Source: Chiloscyllium plagiosum (Eukaryota). Taken from it: a stretch of 64,000 bases of DNA. This document shows, piece after piece, positions 25,560 to 37,611 of this stretch. Under the pieces are notes generated by a model. That model was given only the letters and a program-made list of their open reading frames with translations. It was not told the DNA's origin and searched no databases. The first letter of the stretch is position 1. Each line of letters opens with the position of its first letter. The stretch lies in contig NC_057719.1 of NCBI RefSeq assembly GCF_004010195.1, positions 76,614,849-76,678,848 of the forward strand, read 5' to 3'. Made by a program: the position numbers and the translations under genes.

Positions 25560-25850
25560 AAGGACAAGCCAAACAAAGACACGCACAAGAATTCCTAGAA
25601 GCATGGCATTCCAACCAGAACTCTATCAACAAACACATCGAGTTAGACGCCATCTACCAACCCCTGAGAAAAGGAACAGGAAATGACTTCACCACAGGAA
25701 ATGACATCACCAACCCAAAGAAACCCAAACATAGAAAGCAGGAATTTTCAGCAATGCTTTGCCTAAGGCCCACTGAAGATGTTACCCAGTAGGGTAACAA
25801 GGCATCTGGAAATGAACCTTATAGCTCAGCGAGCAAACCTACATCCAAAA
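25560..25850 (+). mobile_element. Penelope 3' end of a second family (GIY-YIG C-terminus plus pLTR)
   Basis: GQAKQRHAQEFLEAWHSNQNSINKHIELDAIYQPLR; hammerhead remnant CTGAAGA-T-GTTACCC-AGTA-GGGTAAC-AAGG at 25773-25802. Confidence 0.8.
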
Positions 25851-26394
25851 CTCCAAAGGATATTTGGAACGAAAATTGAACTTTCCACTGGGAAATTCCT
25901 TGACATCTGGAACACTCTGAAAGTCTCTATTTAAATTGGAGATTCTGCAGCAGTCCAATGAAATTACATAGAATATTTTTTCAGTAGAAGTTAGACTTTT
26001 AAATGCAAGCTCTAATTAATAAACTGACCCCATGTTTGGTTCACACTTGCCCTGCCCCCTCAACTATACGTCCATCAGATTACTTACAATGCCTAAACCC
26101 GGACCCAAAGCCCTCCCCCCTCCATGAACCAACTCCACCTAGCTGGACCTGATCCTACACCACTAGCCCACACAAGACCTGACCCGAATCAATCCCCCTG
26201 CTGCTGGGCCACTGACCTAACCCAGTATTCCCGCACCCACCAGACATGACTCAGGGTCATTTTTCCTTCACTCCCCAGAGACGGACTCAACAGGCCCAAT
26301 TCCCAGACCTGCACCCCAAAACATCCATACCCCTGGTCAGACCTGATTTCTCTCATCCACACACCCAGACCCCCACCCTAAACATTGTGTCACG

Positions 26395-26760
26395 TGGCAG
26401 CTTGCACTCTGGCACCTTACCCACTTGGTAGCCTACCCTCTTCCCATTTGGCATCCTACTCTGCTGGCACCCTACCACCTACGCAACAGGAGTCACACTA
26501 ACCTGGCACCCTACTCATCTAGCACCCTAAATACCTGGAATCCTACCCCTTACACTTCTGGCATCCTTCCTGACTGGTATCTTACCAAACAGGCACCCTA
26601 CTAACCTGGCACTGTGCCTCTACTCCTAGAGCCCTGGCAACATACACCCTCCCAGCTACCATCCTACCCAGCTGGAATCCTACTTACTTGACACCAAGGC
26701 TCACTACTTTCTATCCATCTATCCAACCCATCAGGCACCTTACCCTCCCAGTACCCTAAC
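26395..26760. repeat. Degenerate C-rich minisatellite (~17-bp CTGGCACCCTACCCAC-like unit)
   Basis: Recurrent (C)TGGCA(C/T)C(C/T)TAC words at roughly regular spacing. Confidence 0.75.
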
Positions 26761-26881
26761 AGCATATTTTCTTATCTGTCAAAGTGGAAGTGAGGAGGTT
26801 TAAATTTCAGAATACGGCAGCAGAATAGCTTTGAAAAAGAGGTTTGTCTTCCTCTGGCAGTTCTGTGCTCTGAAAGAACTA

Positions 26882-27081
26882 GGAGAAAGCGAGGACTGCA
26901 GATGCTGGAGATCAGAGTCAAAAGTGTGGTGCTGAAAAAGCACAGCAGGTCAGGCAGCAACTGAGGAGCAGGAGAATCAACGTTTCAGGCAAAAACCCTT
27001 CATCAGGAATCCCAAAACATCGATTCTCCTGCTCCTTGGATGCTGCCTGACCTGCTGTGCTTTTCCAGTACCACACTCTCA
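26882..27081. mobile_element. Inverted pair of Penelope pseudo-LTRs with ~15-bp TSD
   Basis: GCTCTGAAAGAACTA (26867-26881) versus GCTCTGAAAAAACTA (27082-27096); arms are reverse complements. Confidence 0.85.
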
Positions 27082-27569
27082 GCTCTGAAAAAACTATCAG
27101 AATGGAATAACGGCTTCCTATTTCTGAGGGAGCCCTGATTGGAATCTCCTGTCAGAATTGCAGAGTTCCCCTCTTTCATGAAAGAAGGAGGAGAATGGTG
27201 ATCTGTGGGAGATTGGGAAATCCTGCCCAATCTTTCTACATCTAAATTAGTTACCTTTCCTCTTATATACTGAAATACCTGCTGTGTTTTGGTTTACCAA
27301 GTTGCTCCTTAGCGATTGATTATGTTGATTTTCATTTGCACTATGTCTGATTAGGTGAGTCCATTTACTATTGATGCTCATGTTAGTGGATGGATTCGGC
27401 CTGAGTGAACTGAGAGAAAAGTAAACAGAGGTGGAGTAAGAGCTCTCACCACAGGAAATGACAGCACCAACCCAAAGATAACCAAACATATCAATAGAAA
27501 GCAGGAATTATCTAACTCTACCTGAAATGGGCATTTTGAAGCATTGTAAATAAATCATGTAGTAGTGTC

Positions 27570-27855
27570 AGGATACAGGACAGACCATTTAGTCTGAGAT
27601 GATGAAAATTTCTTCATTCATAGGGCAGTGTTCCTGTGGAAGTGTCTACCACAGAAGGTTTTGGAGACCAAGTCACTGAATGTATTCAAGAAAGAGATAG
27701 ATAGCTTTTTAGATTTTAAAGGCGTCTAGGGGTATGGGAAGATGGTGGGCATGTGGCATTGAGACAGATGATCAGCCATGATCATGTTGAATGATGGAGC
27801 AGGCTTGGCAGGCCAAATGCTCTCATCCTGTTCATAGATTCCATGTTTCTATGAA
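27570..27855 (+). mobile_element. CR1 3' end
   Basis: NFFIHRAVFLWKCLP…FKKEIDSFL and TTCTATG tail. Confidence 0.8.
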
Positions 27856-28439
27856 TCACCTACAATAAAAGGCGAATTTGATTTATGCAATTAACTTAAA
27901 GCAGCTGCTCTAGAAACAATGCCTCCATCATTATAAATTTGTAGATGTTAACTGGCCTTTTTTAAAGCATTAGAATATTGAATATGTTAATAAGCAAAAG
28001 TAGAGAACGATACACATAAAAAGAGATTGAAGTATAGCCAAACTAGGTTCGACTTAATTGAACCTCCTATAATTATACAATGTAAATTATTGTAATTATT
28101 TCATTTCTATAGTAACCATCAATTAAATTTCTTTGGTTTCTATTTCCTGCACAGTTACAGTATGATCTGTGAAGATTAGTTGGATTACCAAATATTGAAT
28201 TTTAAAAATTATTCCCTACACTGACTCAGAAATCCCATTTATAAATATATATACATATATATATCTGGCAGATTGATGCTGTTATGATATTATTTCTTCC
28301 CGAAATTTAGGTATATGTGCGATGATTTATAAATAGGCTTACACATAAATCTGCACAGATATATAAAGGAAAGAGAACTTTTGTTTAACCATTGGTCTCA
28401 AATTATGTTTACAATACTTGACAAAAACAAGAAGTTCCA

Positions 28440-29750
28440 TTTAAATGGCACCTTTAAAATCATAGAATATCCCATGATGCGCCATGGGAGCCTTATCAAG
28501 CAATGTTTAATAGCGAGCCAGGTATGACATTAGTACTATGAGCTCAGTTGAAGAAGCAAGTCCAAAGAACATCATTATAAGGAGGAGAGAGAAATTGAGG
28601 AAAATGAAGGGAAAGGGAACTCCAGAATATAGTAACTAAAGGCATAGCTGCCAACAGTGAAGCAATTAAAACCAGGGATATTGAAAAGGCAAAACTGGAG
28701 GAGTAAAGGTATCTTTGAGTGCTGTCTGTTGGCAGGACATTAAAGAGATAAAGAGGGGTGAGGACCTAGAGTGACTGGAAACATGGATGAGAATTTTAAA
28801 ATTGAGGAACTGCTCACCCAGGAGCCAACAGAAAGCAAGGAGGCGATGGGTGAATAGGGCTTGGTGTAAGTCAGGGCATAAGCAGCAGCTTTAGATGAGC
28901 TCAGGTTTAGAGTGGGTAGAATGGTAGATACTAGAAATAAAAAAATACATTAGTGTGAAGACAGGCTACAGCTGGATAGAAAAGAATGGAAGCAGATCAG
29001 AGTAATGCCAACCAGCTGGATGATGAGAGGATGATGGTCTGGTTAACCATTTCAAAGGCTGCAGACAGACTGAGAAGAATAAGGAACAATAGTTTTTCTT
29101 TGTCACACTTGCCTAGGATTTATTTTGTGACTTTGGTATGAGCCATTTTCAGCGATAGGGCTGAAGTATGATTAGGAGGATTCAAACATGAAATTCCAGT
29201 AAAGACAGGCAGACATTTGGAAGGCAATGACAAATTCAAGCATTTTGCAGAGGATTGGAGACAGATTAAAAGGACCTGTTTGCTTGCAAGGACAGAGAGA
29301 TCATGGAGTTTTGTTACGGAGGGGAAAAATAAAGCCAAATAAGAGAGGGAGCAGTATCTGAGGACAGAGAATCATTAGTAGCTTCAGTTACTATGGAGAT
29401 CAGGAGCAGGTATTGGATGAATGACTGTTAGGAATAAGGTCAGGAAACAAAAGATGGGTGAAATAGCAAGCTGGTAGCATGTTGGGATATTAGGGATTTA
29501 TGAGAAGCTAGAGAAAGTGTGAGTTCAGAGTTATAGAGCAGGGAGATCTTCACTGGAAGCTTAGCCTAGTGAGCTTAGAAAAGAATAAAGATCATCTGAT
29601 CACCTTCATTCCAATTTCAAAGAAATCCACAATTTCAAGGCATGGTAGGTCACAGTGGAAAATATAGCAAGAAGGATTTAAAGCAGTTTGCTGCGGAGGA
29701 AACAAACCAGGGGTTATCTTTGCATTCCAAGTTGATTCTAAAATGGTGCA
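28440..29750 (-). mobile_element. Old L2-clade LINE fragments
   Basis: Purine-rich reverse complement of L2 3'/RT sequence; homologous to 31960-32310. Confidence 0.55.
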
Positions 29751-29762
29751 CAGTTCTTAATG

Positions 29763-30082
29763 GATTGGCGTGGTAGCTCAGTGGTTACTGATGTCTTCAT
29801 AGGGACCTGGGTTCGATTCCGGCCTCAGGCAACTGTCTGTGTGGAGTTTGCATGTTCTCCCCATATTCTGTGTGAGTTTCCTCAGAGTGCCCCAGTTGCC
29901 TCACACAGTCTAAAGTTAGGCGGATTGGCCATTCTAATGTGCCAATAGTGTTCAGGGACTAGGTGGGTCAGCCATCCTAAATGCAGGGTTAGAGTGGGAA
30001 TTGGGTCTGGATGGGATGATCTTTGCAGGGTCCGTGCAGACTTGATAGACTGAATGGCCTCTTTCTGTACTGTAGAGATTCT
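29763..30082 (+). mobile_element. HE1-type SINE (diverged)
   Basis: TAGCTCAGTGG, GGTTCGATTCC, V domain. Confidence 0.85.
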
Positions 30083-30569
30083 AGCATATCAATAAATGAG
30101 TGGATCAATGCATGCTACTATTTTAATAGTAATAACGGCCTGCATATCGTCTAGCTAAACCTGGCAGTGAATGGCTTTCCTTTGACTTATGGGAGTAGAA
30201 ATGAAAGAATATCAAGAGTTAAGTACCCAAACAATGACCTTAGCAGGCATAGTTAAACACCATTGAGCTCTGCTCTGAACAAACCACAAACTACCAGTAA
30301 ATGTTCAGCAAGTAAGCACAAAACAATCCAGTATATCAGTTGTATTACTGAGCAGTGCAGTTCTTTTGAAGTGTAAAAGAGATACTTGGTTAATTGTAAT
30401 TCATTACCTTCTGTGCAAATCAGCCACAACACAGAGCATGCAGCTATGGATGGAGACATGGTCACAATCCATGGTAAGATATTTGACTGATTTTGGAATT
30501 GAAGAGGTTGAGCAAAACTGGAGTCAGCAGGAGTGAGGGGTGGGGGAGGAGGGGGGGGGGGGGGGGAGC

Positions 30570-31592
30570 TCTTCAATGGCTGCAGTCATACCTGGGACAA
30601 AGGAAGATGGTTGTGGTCATTGGAAGTCTATCATCACATCCCAGAACATCACTTCAGGAGTTCATCATGGTAATGTCCTAGGCTCAACCACCATCAACTC
30701 CATCATCAACAAATTTCCATCCAGAAAATAAGAAGTGAGAATGTTTGCTAATGTTTGCTCATATTTGGGACCATTTGTGACACCCCAGAATCTGAAGTAG
30801 TCTGTGCCCATACACACCAAGACCTGGGCAACATCTAGACTTGGACTGATAGGTGGCAAGTAACATTTATGCCACACAACTGCCTGGCAATGACAACCCA
30901 CAACAAGAGAGAATCTAACCATTGCCAATTGATATTCAATGGCATTACCATTGCTGAATTCTCCATTATCAACATGTTGGGAGTTACCATGGATCAGGAG
31001 CTGAACTGCACCCACTGTGTAAATAAAGTGGCTGCAGAAGCTGATCAGAAGCTAGAAATTCTGTAGGGAGTAATTCACCTCCTGACTGCCCAAAGCCTGT
31101 CACATCAGGAATATGATGCAATACTTTCCACTTGCCAACAATATTCATGACATTTAAGTGAGATCTGATTTGTCCCGTAATAGCATTAGCTATGAAAAAT
31201 GCCTTCACCACCAATGCACATCAGCAGCAGTATGCACTAGCGACAAGATACACTGCCATGACTCACCACTGCTCCTCTGATGGGATCTTTCAAATCTCTG
31301 GCCTCTACCATCTAGAAAGGCAAAGGCACTAGATGCAGGGGAACATTACCATCTGAAATTTCCACTCCAAGCCACACACCATCCTGACTTGGAACTATAT
31401 CATCCATCCTTTGTTGTTGCTGGAATAAATTCCTGTAACTCCCTTTTCCATCAGCCCCATGTGGGTCCCTACTCCATAAGAACTTTAGCAGTTCAAGAAG
31501 GCAGCTCAGCAACTTGATCTCCAGTCCAATTAGAGATGGGAACTAAAAGGTAGCCTAGGCAGAGAGGCCCACATCTCATAAATGAACAAAAC
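30570..31592 (+). mobile_element. Family B LINE 3' portion (RT plus tail)
   Basis: QWLQSYLGQRKMVVVI, ITSGVHHGNVLGST, RMFAN; tail GTTCAAGAAGGCAGCTCA…AATGAACAAAA. Confidence 0.8.
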
Positions 31593-31959
31593 AAAATTGA
31601 CAACTGACGGTAGTTCAGATCTGTTGGATGAAATCCAGGCACGTACAACAAGGCTAAATGGATAATGCAAACTAATTGTGAAGATAGTTTTATTTCTCTT
31701 TTGAAAAAGAAAAGGTCTTTGGCATCGTATATTTATTATTAATATTGTGGGTATGTGCACAGTTGATAAAATGATTTGATCTGTGTTCATATGCCTGTAA
31801 GCCTCCAGTTGAAGCTTTAAGCTGGAGATGAAAGAACACAGTCTGAATCTTAAGTGAAAGGTTTGCTGAAGGTGAGGGATAGCTAGCAAGATGAAAGCAA
31901 TTTCCATTACTTTGGTGAATAAATGAGCCGTCCTGAGTGGAAATGACCATACTTGGAGC

Positions 31960-32310
31960 AACAACAACTTATGTTTATGTAGCATCATTAATATAAGAAA
32001 TCAATTCAGGGTACTTCACAGAAAGACTATAAAGCAAAACTTGACATCAAGCCTCATAAACTGATGTCAGGACAGATGCCCAAAGGAATTGAATGCACGA
32101 CAAGAGGAGTAAAGAGAGGTAAAAAGGAAGAAGAGTTTAGGGATTAAATTCCAGAGCTTAGGACCTTGGCAGCTGAAGCATACTAAACAATGGTGGAACA
32201 ATTAATATTAATGTTGCTGAGGGAGCCAGACTTTTGCAGAGTGCAAGTATTTCAAAAGGTTGTGGAACTGAAGAGGTTCCACATACAGAGGTCTGAGGCC
32301 ATGAAAGTGC
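31960..32310 (-). mobile_element. L2-clade 3' end
   Basis: CAACAACTTATGTTTATGTAGCA tail (reverse complement) resembling the Deu-SINE tails. Confidence 0.6.
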
Positions 32311-32531
32311 AGAAAATAGCTGACTGACTTGTTACCTTCTCAATGCAATGACATCAACTTGGATATATAATTAAAAGATCATGCTTCATGCCCCAGTTAG
32401 TGAAGGTTGGCAGGAAGCTTGACTGAGGAAGGCATCAAGGCCAGGTCAAAACCTGACCCATAGTCACAAGCACGCTTTTCAGTGGAGGCTAGATTATAGA
32501 AATCAAAATCAGGCGCTCTGGATGATGGAAA

Positions 32532-32670
32532 TTCTGAGGAAGGATCGCTCGATCTGAAACATTAACTCTGATTTCTTTCCACAGGTGCTGCAAGACCTGC
32601 TGAAGTTTGCTAGCAAATTCTGTTTTTGTTTCTGATTTACAGCATCCGCGGTTCTTTCTGTTTTTATTTA
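32532..32670 (+). mobile_element. Older Penelope pseudo-LTR with hammerhead motif
   Basis: CTGAGGA-A-GGATC-GCTC-GATCT-GAAAC-ATTA at 32534-32564. Confidence 0.75.
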
Positions 32671-33744
32671 GCACTTATAGCAGCTCTATTATCATCCTAC
32701 CTGAGATCACAAAACTCACCACAGACAGGACAAGGAAACTAGCACCAGTCAAACTATACAGTTCACCTGGACATTTTGTCAACTAACTCAGCCATTAGCT
32801 GTCTCTCAGTGGTTGATATGCCAGATGTAAGCACAGATAAAACAGTGACCCAAATCACCTTCAGATGAATCAACACTCCAATTACATATGTCACCACAGT
32901 ATCTAATAATATTGTAACATTATACTGATGTTAAATGAAAAACTAGGATTATAGTGTATACCCAGAAAAGACAATTCAAGTTAGATCCTACACATTTGCA
33001 TGTGGTAAGGTTAATGAATAATGAAAATTTAGCGAAAAGTACTTAAAAGCCAAAAGGGTAACATTTATACATTCAAAGACAAGTTTCAGGAATTAATGTT
33101 TCTCTCCAATTTACTTATTAGTTCTTTATAAAAAGCATGTTGTACCCTTGAAAGTATATAGAGGTTTTGTTAGTTATCTCACAAGCTGATAAGTTTGACT
33201 GCAATATTAAATTTGCCTAGAAATGTTTAGCTGAATGCCTTTAGAGATTTTACATGGAAGGAATGGATGGATATTCTTGAAAATTTCATGAGAAAATGCT
33301 CTTGAGACACTGGTGTATAACCTCTGACAAGCTGTCAAAGGAGATATACAAAGACTCACATCTCTCCTGCTCATGGATTCCCAGATTTCCTAACATATAA
33401 TTATAAACAGTCTTCTAAAAGCTCTGGTTCTCTGGCACTGTGTGGGGCACAGTATGTGAAACTGCTTCTACAGTGTTCAGTAACAAAATCAGCATGCAAA
33501 TGCAGATTGCTATTACACTGTAATGGGCAGAATCATTTCTGTTATCACACAAGAAGGATTTTACTCTCTCTTCAGCTGCTCAGCTCTCTCTGTACTGAGA
33601 GGATCGTGTTTTGATTGCCAAGGCATGTGAGAGGAAGACAGAAGAGGGAGATTTTGTGAATAAAGCAGTCATCTTCCCATTGCTGAAGGCGTAATTGTTT
33701 TATGAAATGATTTCTGTTGTACATACGAGCAAGTATACAATATA

Positions 33745-34145
33745 GAGATGCAGGTTCAATCCTCATGTTGGCTGTGGTAGTTTAAGAAGATCTGATAATC
33801 TTAAACAGATGATCTTGTCTGATGCAGAACACTAAGAAAGTACCACATTGGAAGAGGTTCTATCTTTTTGGTCGAGGGCTAAACCACCATCTGATGATTC
33901 TGTTTAGGGGCAAGTAAGCAAAAATTCCCATGATACTTGCTGTGATGGCAAACACTTATCCTTCAAAATACCAAATCTAAGCTACTTATCTGGGTTATTT
34001 ATCTCATTGCTGCTGAGAATGTGGGTGTGTTGCAGCATCTGCCTGCACATCAACAATGACTACACTTAAAAATTGGTAACTCATTGCCTGGAACACCAAA
34101 ATCCCTGAGAATGTGGAAGGTGCTCTATAAATACCATTTCTTTTT
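33745..34145 (+). mobile_element. Deu-domain SINE (diverged)
   Basis: GGTTCAATCC box, Deu-like core, GGAAGGTGCTCTATAAATAC tail. Confidence 0.65.
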
Positions 34146-34561
34146 TGCAATATTTGAGATCAAGACAGAATCCCTGTTATCAGATCAAGGTGCTTGTTTC
34201 TCAATTTCAGAATAGGCAATGATCTGTGGACCTTCTTGTTCTGAATTGTTAAAAAGTATTCTGAGAAATGTGTGCAGCAGAACAAAAGGGTCATAACTAA
34301 TACAAGAGCAGCATTGGGGAAAAAAAAATCCATAACGGTTTCAATTTAGTGCCTACTAGATTATAACCAGGATTTCATGCTAAAAAATTACAAAATGCTG
34401 TACACAAATAAATTTTGCTCACTGTAGTGACTAATATCGATAAAGGAAACACCACTTTAATCTATAGATTTTTACCATGCAAACACCAACTTTGATTTAC
34501 ATTTAGATTTTAAAATGTCCATTTACTAAAATGATTCTTCCAGCTAGCCTTCTCAGGAGAG

Positions 34562-35275
34562 TGTAATAACCAGTATCCAGTCACCAAGTTACCCTACATT
34601 GGCTGTGGTCAGCCAGCTCAGAGTCAGTCCCCTGAACTAAGGAGATTCTAAATCCCCTGTTTATACATATTTTTTAATTTTATTAACCAGTACAAATTAC
34701 AAACAAACAGTTAACATGAACAGCCATATACAAGAAACAGCAACTAACAGGGGAAAGGGGCAGTAAAGCCAGACCCCAAACCCCACAGTACAACCAGTTC
34801 TCAGGGAAACGAGGACAAACCTCAAATCCCACTTTACATTATCAAGAAGGAAACAGTGAATGCAATCATACACAGACAGCCCGATAAACAGTGCATATAA
34901 CCCAGCAAACCACCCGTCCCTCCCACCTATCCTCTGTATTTTATTAAACAAATTACAAACAAACAGTTTACAAAAAACATTTACAGCTGTACATAAGAGA
35001 CAGCAATGTTACAAGGGAGAGGAGCAGCAAAGCTAGGCCCCAAACCCTACCATTCAACCATTTTACAGGGAGATGAGGACAAACCTCAAATCCCAGTTCC
35101 ACTTATGGCAAGACAGTGACAATGACATTTGTACATTAGACAATACTGTTACATACAAAGTGCAACCTATCCTCTGTATTTGGTCAGCCAGGGTGTCCTG
35201 ATTGACCCAGGTTAATAGCCCCAATCAAGGACCCCAATCATAGTCAACAAAGTCAACCTGGTTCCAATTACTACA
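34562..35275 (-). mobile_element. Family S solo LTR with 5-bp TSD, carrying a ~510-bp insert
   Basis: TGTAATAA…TTACTACA flanked by GAGAG (34557-34561, 35276-35280); insert at ~34667-35180. Confidence 0.8.
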
Positions 35276-35542
35276 GAGAGAAAAGTTATCAGGGTTGATT
35301 CCATGTCTCATTGTTGAAGTTTGTTGACATGTTATTAATAACTTTGTGTTGTCCATGTAATCATCCTATATTTTTCATGGAATATTGTCAAATTACATCT
35401 TATACCATGATTTTGTTAGGGAATGGGGTATGGAGTTAGACCTCAAGTCTACATTAGCTGGATCAGAATTTGAAGGCCATGATGTTTGCTTTATTTTTGA
35501 ATCCTATGCTAGTCATCTACCCAGCCAAGCTAATCGCAATAT

Positions 35543-35865
35543 GGGTGGCACGTGGTTAGCACTGCTGCCTCACAGCGCCAAGGATCCAGGTTCAATTCCC
35601 ACCTTGGGCAACTGTCTGTGTGGAGTTTGCACATTCTCCCTGTGACTGCGTGGGTTTCTTCCGGGTGCTCCGGTTTCTTCCCACGATCCAAAAGAAATGT
35701 GCAGATCAGGTGAATTGGCCATGCTAAGTTGCCCATTGTGCTAGGTGAATTATTCAGGGGTAAATATAGAGTAGGGGAATGGGTGTGGGTGGGTTACACT
35801 TCGGTGGGTCAGTGTGGACTTGTTGGGCTGAAGGGTCTGTTTCCATACTGTAGGTTATCTAATCT
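35543..35865 (+). mobile_element. HE1-type SINE
   Basis: Full copy with TCTAATCTA tail. Confidence 0.9.
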
Positions 35866-36448
35866 ACAATATTTTGTTTTTCTGATGCTTCCCAATTTTA
35901 ACAGGGCTTCATTGGAGAGGATATAGAAACAAGGATCAATGGTTTCTTTATTTTCTGAAAGAAATCTATAAGAGAAAAAGAAAATCATGTTACTGAAGTT
36001 GCACGTGCCTGCAAAACACATTCTCAGTGGGATTGTTATGATCTTGCTCTCACTATGAGCACACCACATCCACAAGGTTCAAGAGCATTCAATCTAATCC
36101 CATTAGAATAAGCTACACCAATTCATGGTGCCTGATTCGTCACAGTGGCACTCAGCTCATAAATCACTGAAACAGCTGCTTTCAGGATGTGGGGTGAAAA
36201 AGTCAATGTTGATTCCCTTCTAAAAGCACTAGCAGTCTAATTCTCTAATTTTGTTTTATTATTTACCGACCTCTTCATGTAACATCTGTCCGCCATAGTC
36301 AACGTGAGAGCAATACTGAAGTCACCCAGGAAGCTTCTGGGTAGAGTTAAATTCTTTGGCTAAAGATGGGCTGGGAGTTTGGGGATTCTTGTAAGCAGGC
36401 AAAAGGGGCCCTTCAAACAATGGTTCTCTATATCATTATCTGGAGGAA

Positions 36449-36685
36449 ATGGCTCAAAAAGGCTGGTTAGCTCCTCGGTTCACTGACTATGAGCTGGAGG
36501 TTCTCCTGGATGGGTGGTTGAAAGAAGGGCAGTACTTTTTCCTGCTGATTGGCAAAGGAGGGCATGTCACCAGACCCAGGCAGCCTGGAACCAGATAGCA
36601 GCCTGTGTCAGTGAGGTGCCCAGGTCTGAAAAAATGCCCAGCAGTGCAGGAAGAAGGTCAATTATCTGCTATGCTCTGCATTGGA
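36449..36685 (+). pseudogene. Myb/SANT-like DNA-binding domain relic, PIF/Harbinger type
   Basis: Two-frameshift reconstruction: MAQKGWLAPRFTDYELEVLLDG/VERRAVLFPADWQRRACHQTQAAWNQIAACVSEV…/NAQQCRKKVNYL. Confidence 0.8.
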
Positions 36686-36984
36686 AGTACCAACATTCTC
36701 TCTCTCTGCTCCCTCACACTCAGGGCCGGGACACACTCTTACTTTGCCACTGCACATACAATTCCCCTGGGCACATGGACTGCCAGGTTTCACTCTTGCA
36801 TGCTGCATGTGCACTCAATAATTTTCAAACACCCCATCCTCTCAAGCTGCTAATCCTGCTCCCTGTGGGAAGGATTTTGCAGTGGACACTCGAGGTTGCT
36901 ACCCTTGCTTGTTTTGCTAACAATGCTGACATTGATTGTTTTCTTTGATGCTATCACCAGATTTGTACCAAGGCCACAAAGAAT

Positions 36985-37611
36985 CATACAAACAGAAAAG
37001 TACAGCACGGTAACAGACCCTTCAGTCCAACTCGTTCATGCCGACCAGATATCCTAACCTAACCTATTACCACTTACAAGTCCCACTTGGGGTTGCAGGC
37101 TCCATCTGAGGGGAATGATGACCTCCCTATATTCTTCATGTTCCCTTTTGCCTTGCTGTTCCTGAACTTCTCTAGCCACCGTTATAGCATGAAAGTGGGA
37201 ACTTTGCCAGCACTTGGCTGATGTCCCCCTAAACCCTCCCTATTCATAACCATTCCAGATGTCTTTTAAGTCCTGCAATTGAATCAACCTCCACCACTTC
37301 CTCTGGCAGATCATTCCATACGCGCACCAAATTCTGTGTGAAAACGTTGCCCCTTACGTCCCTTTTATATGTTTCCCCTCTCACCATAAACATATGACCT
37401 CCAGTTCTGGAGTCATAGAGTCATAGTCATAGAGTCATAGAAATGTACAGCATGGAAACAGACCCTTCGGTCCAACTCGTCCGTGCTGACCAGATATCCC
37501 AACCCAATCTAGTCCCACCTGCCAGCACCTGGCCCATATCCCTCCAAACCCTTCCTATTCATATACCCATCCAAATGACTCTTAATTGATGCAATTGTAC
37601 CAGTCTCCACC
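36985..37611 (-). mobile_element. Two stacked CR1 3' ends
   Basis: 36985-37410 and 37411-37611; the second has an (AGTCATAG)n tail. A pLTR fragment follows at 37612-37663. Confidence 0.85.

Noticed and set aside
37411..37440. Short direct repeats AGTCATAG as an array or CRISPR
   Set aside because: CR1 3'-terminal microsatellite; no spacers; eukaryotic context.
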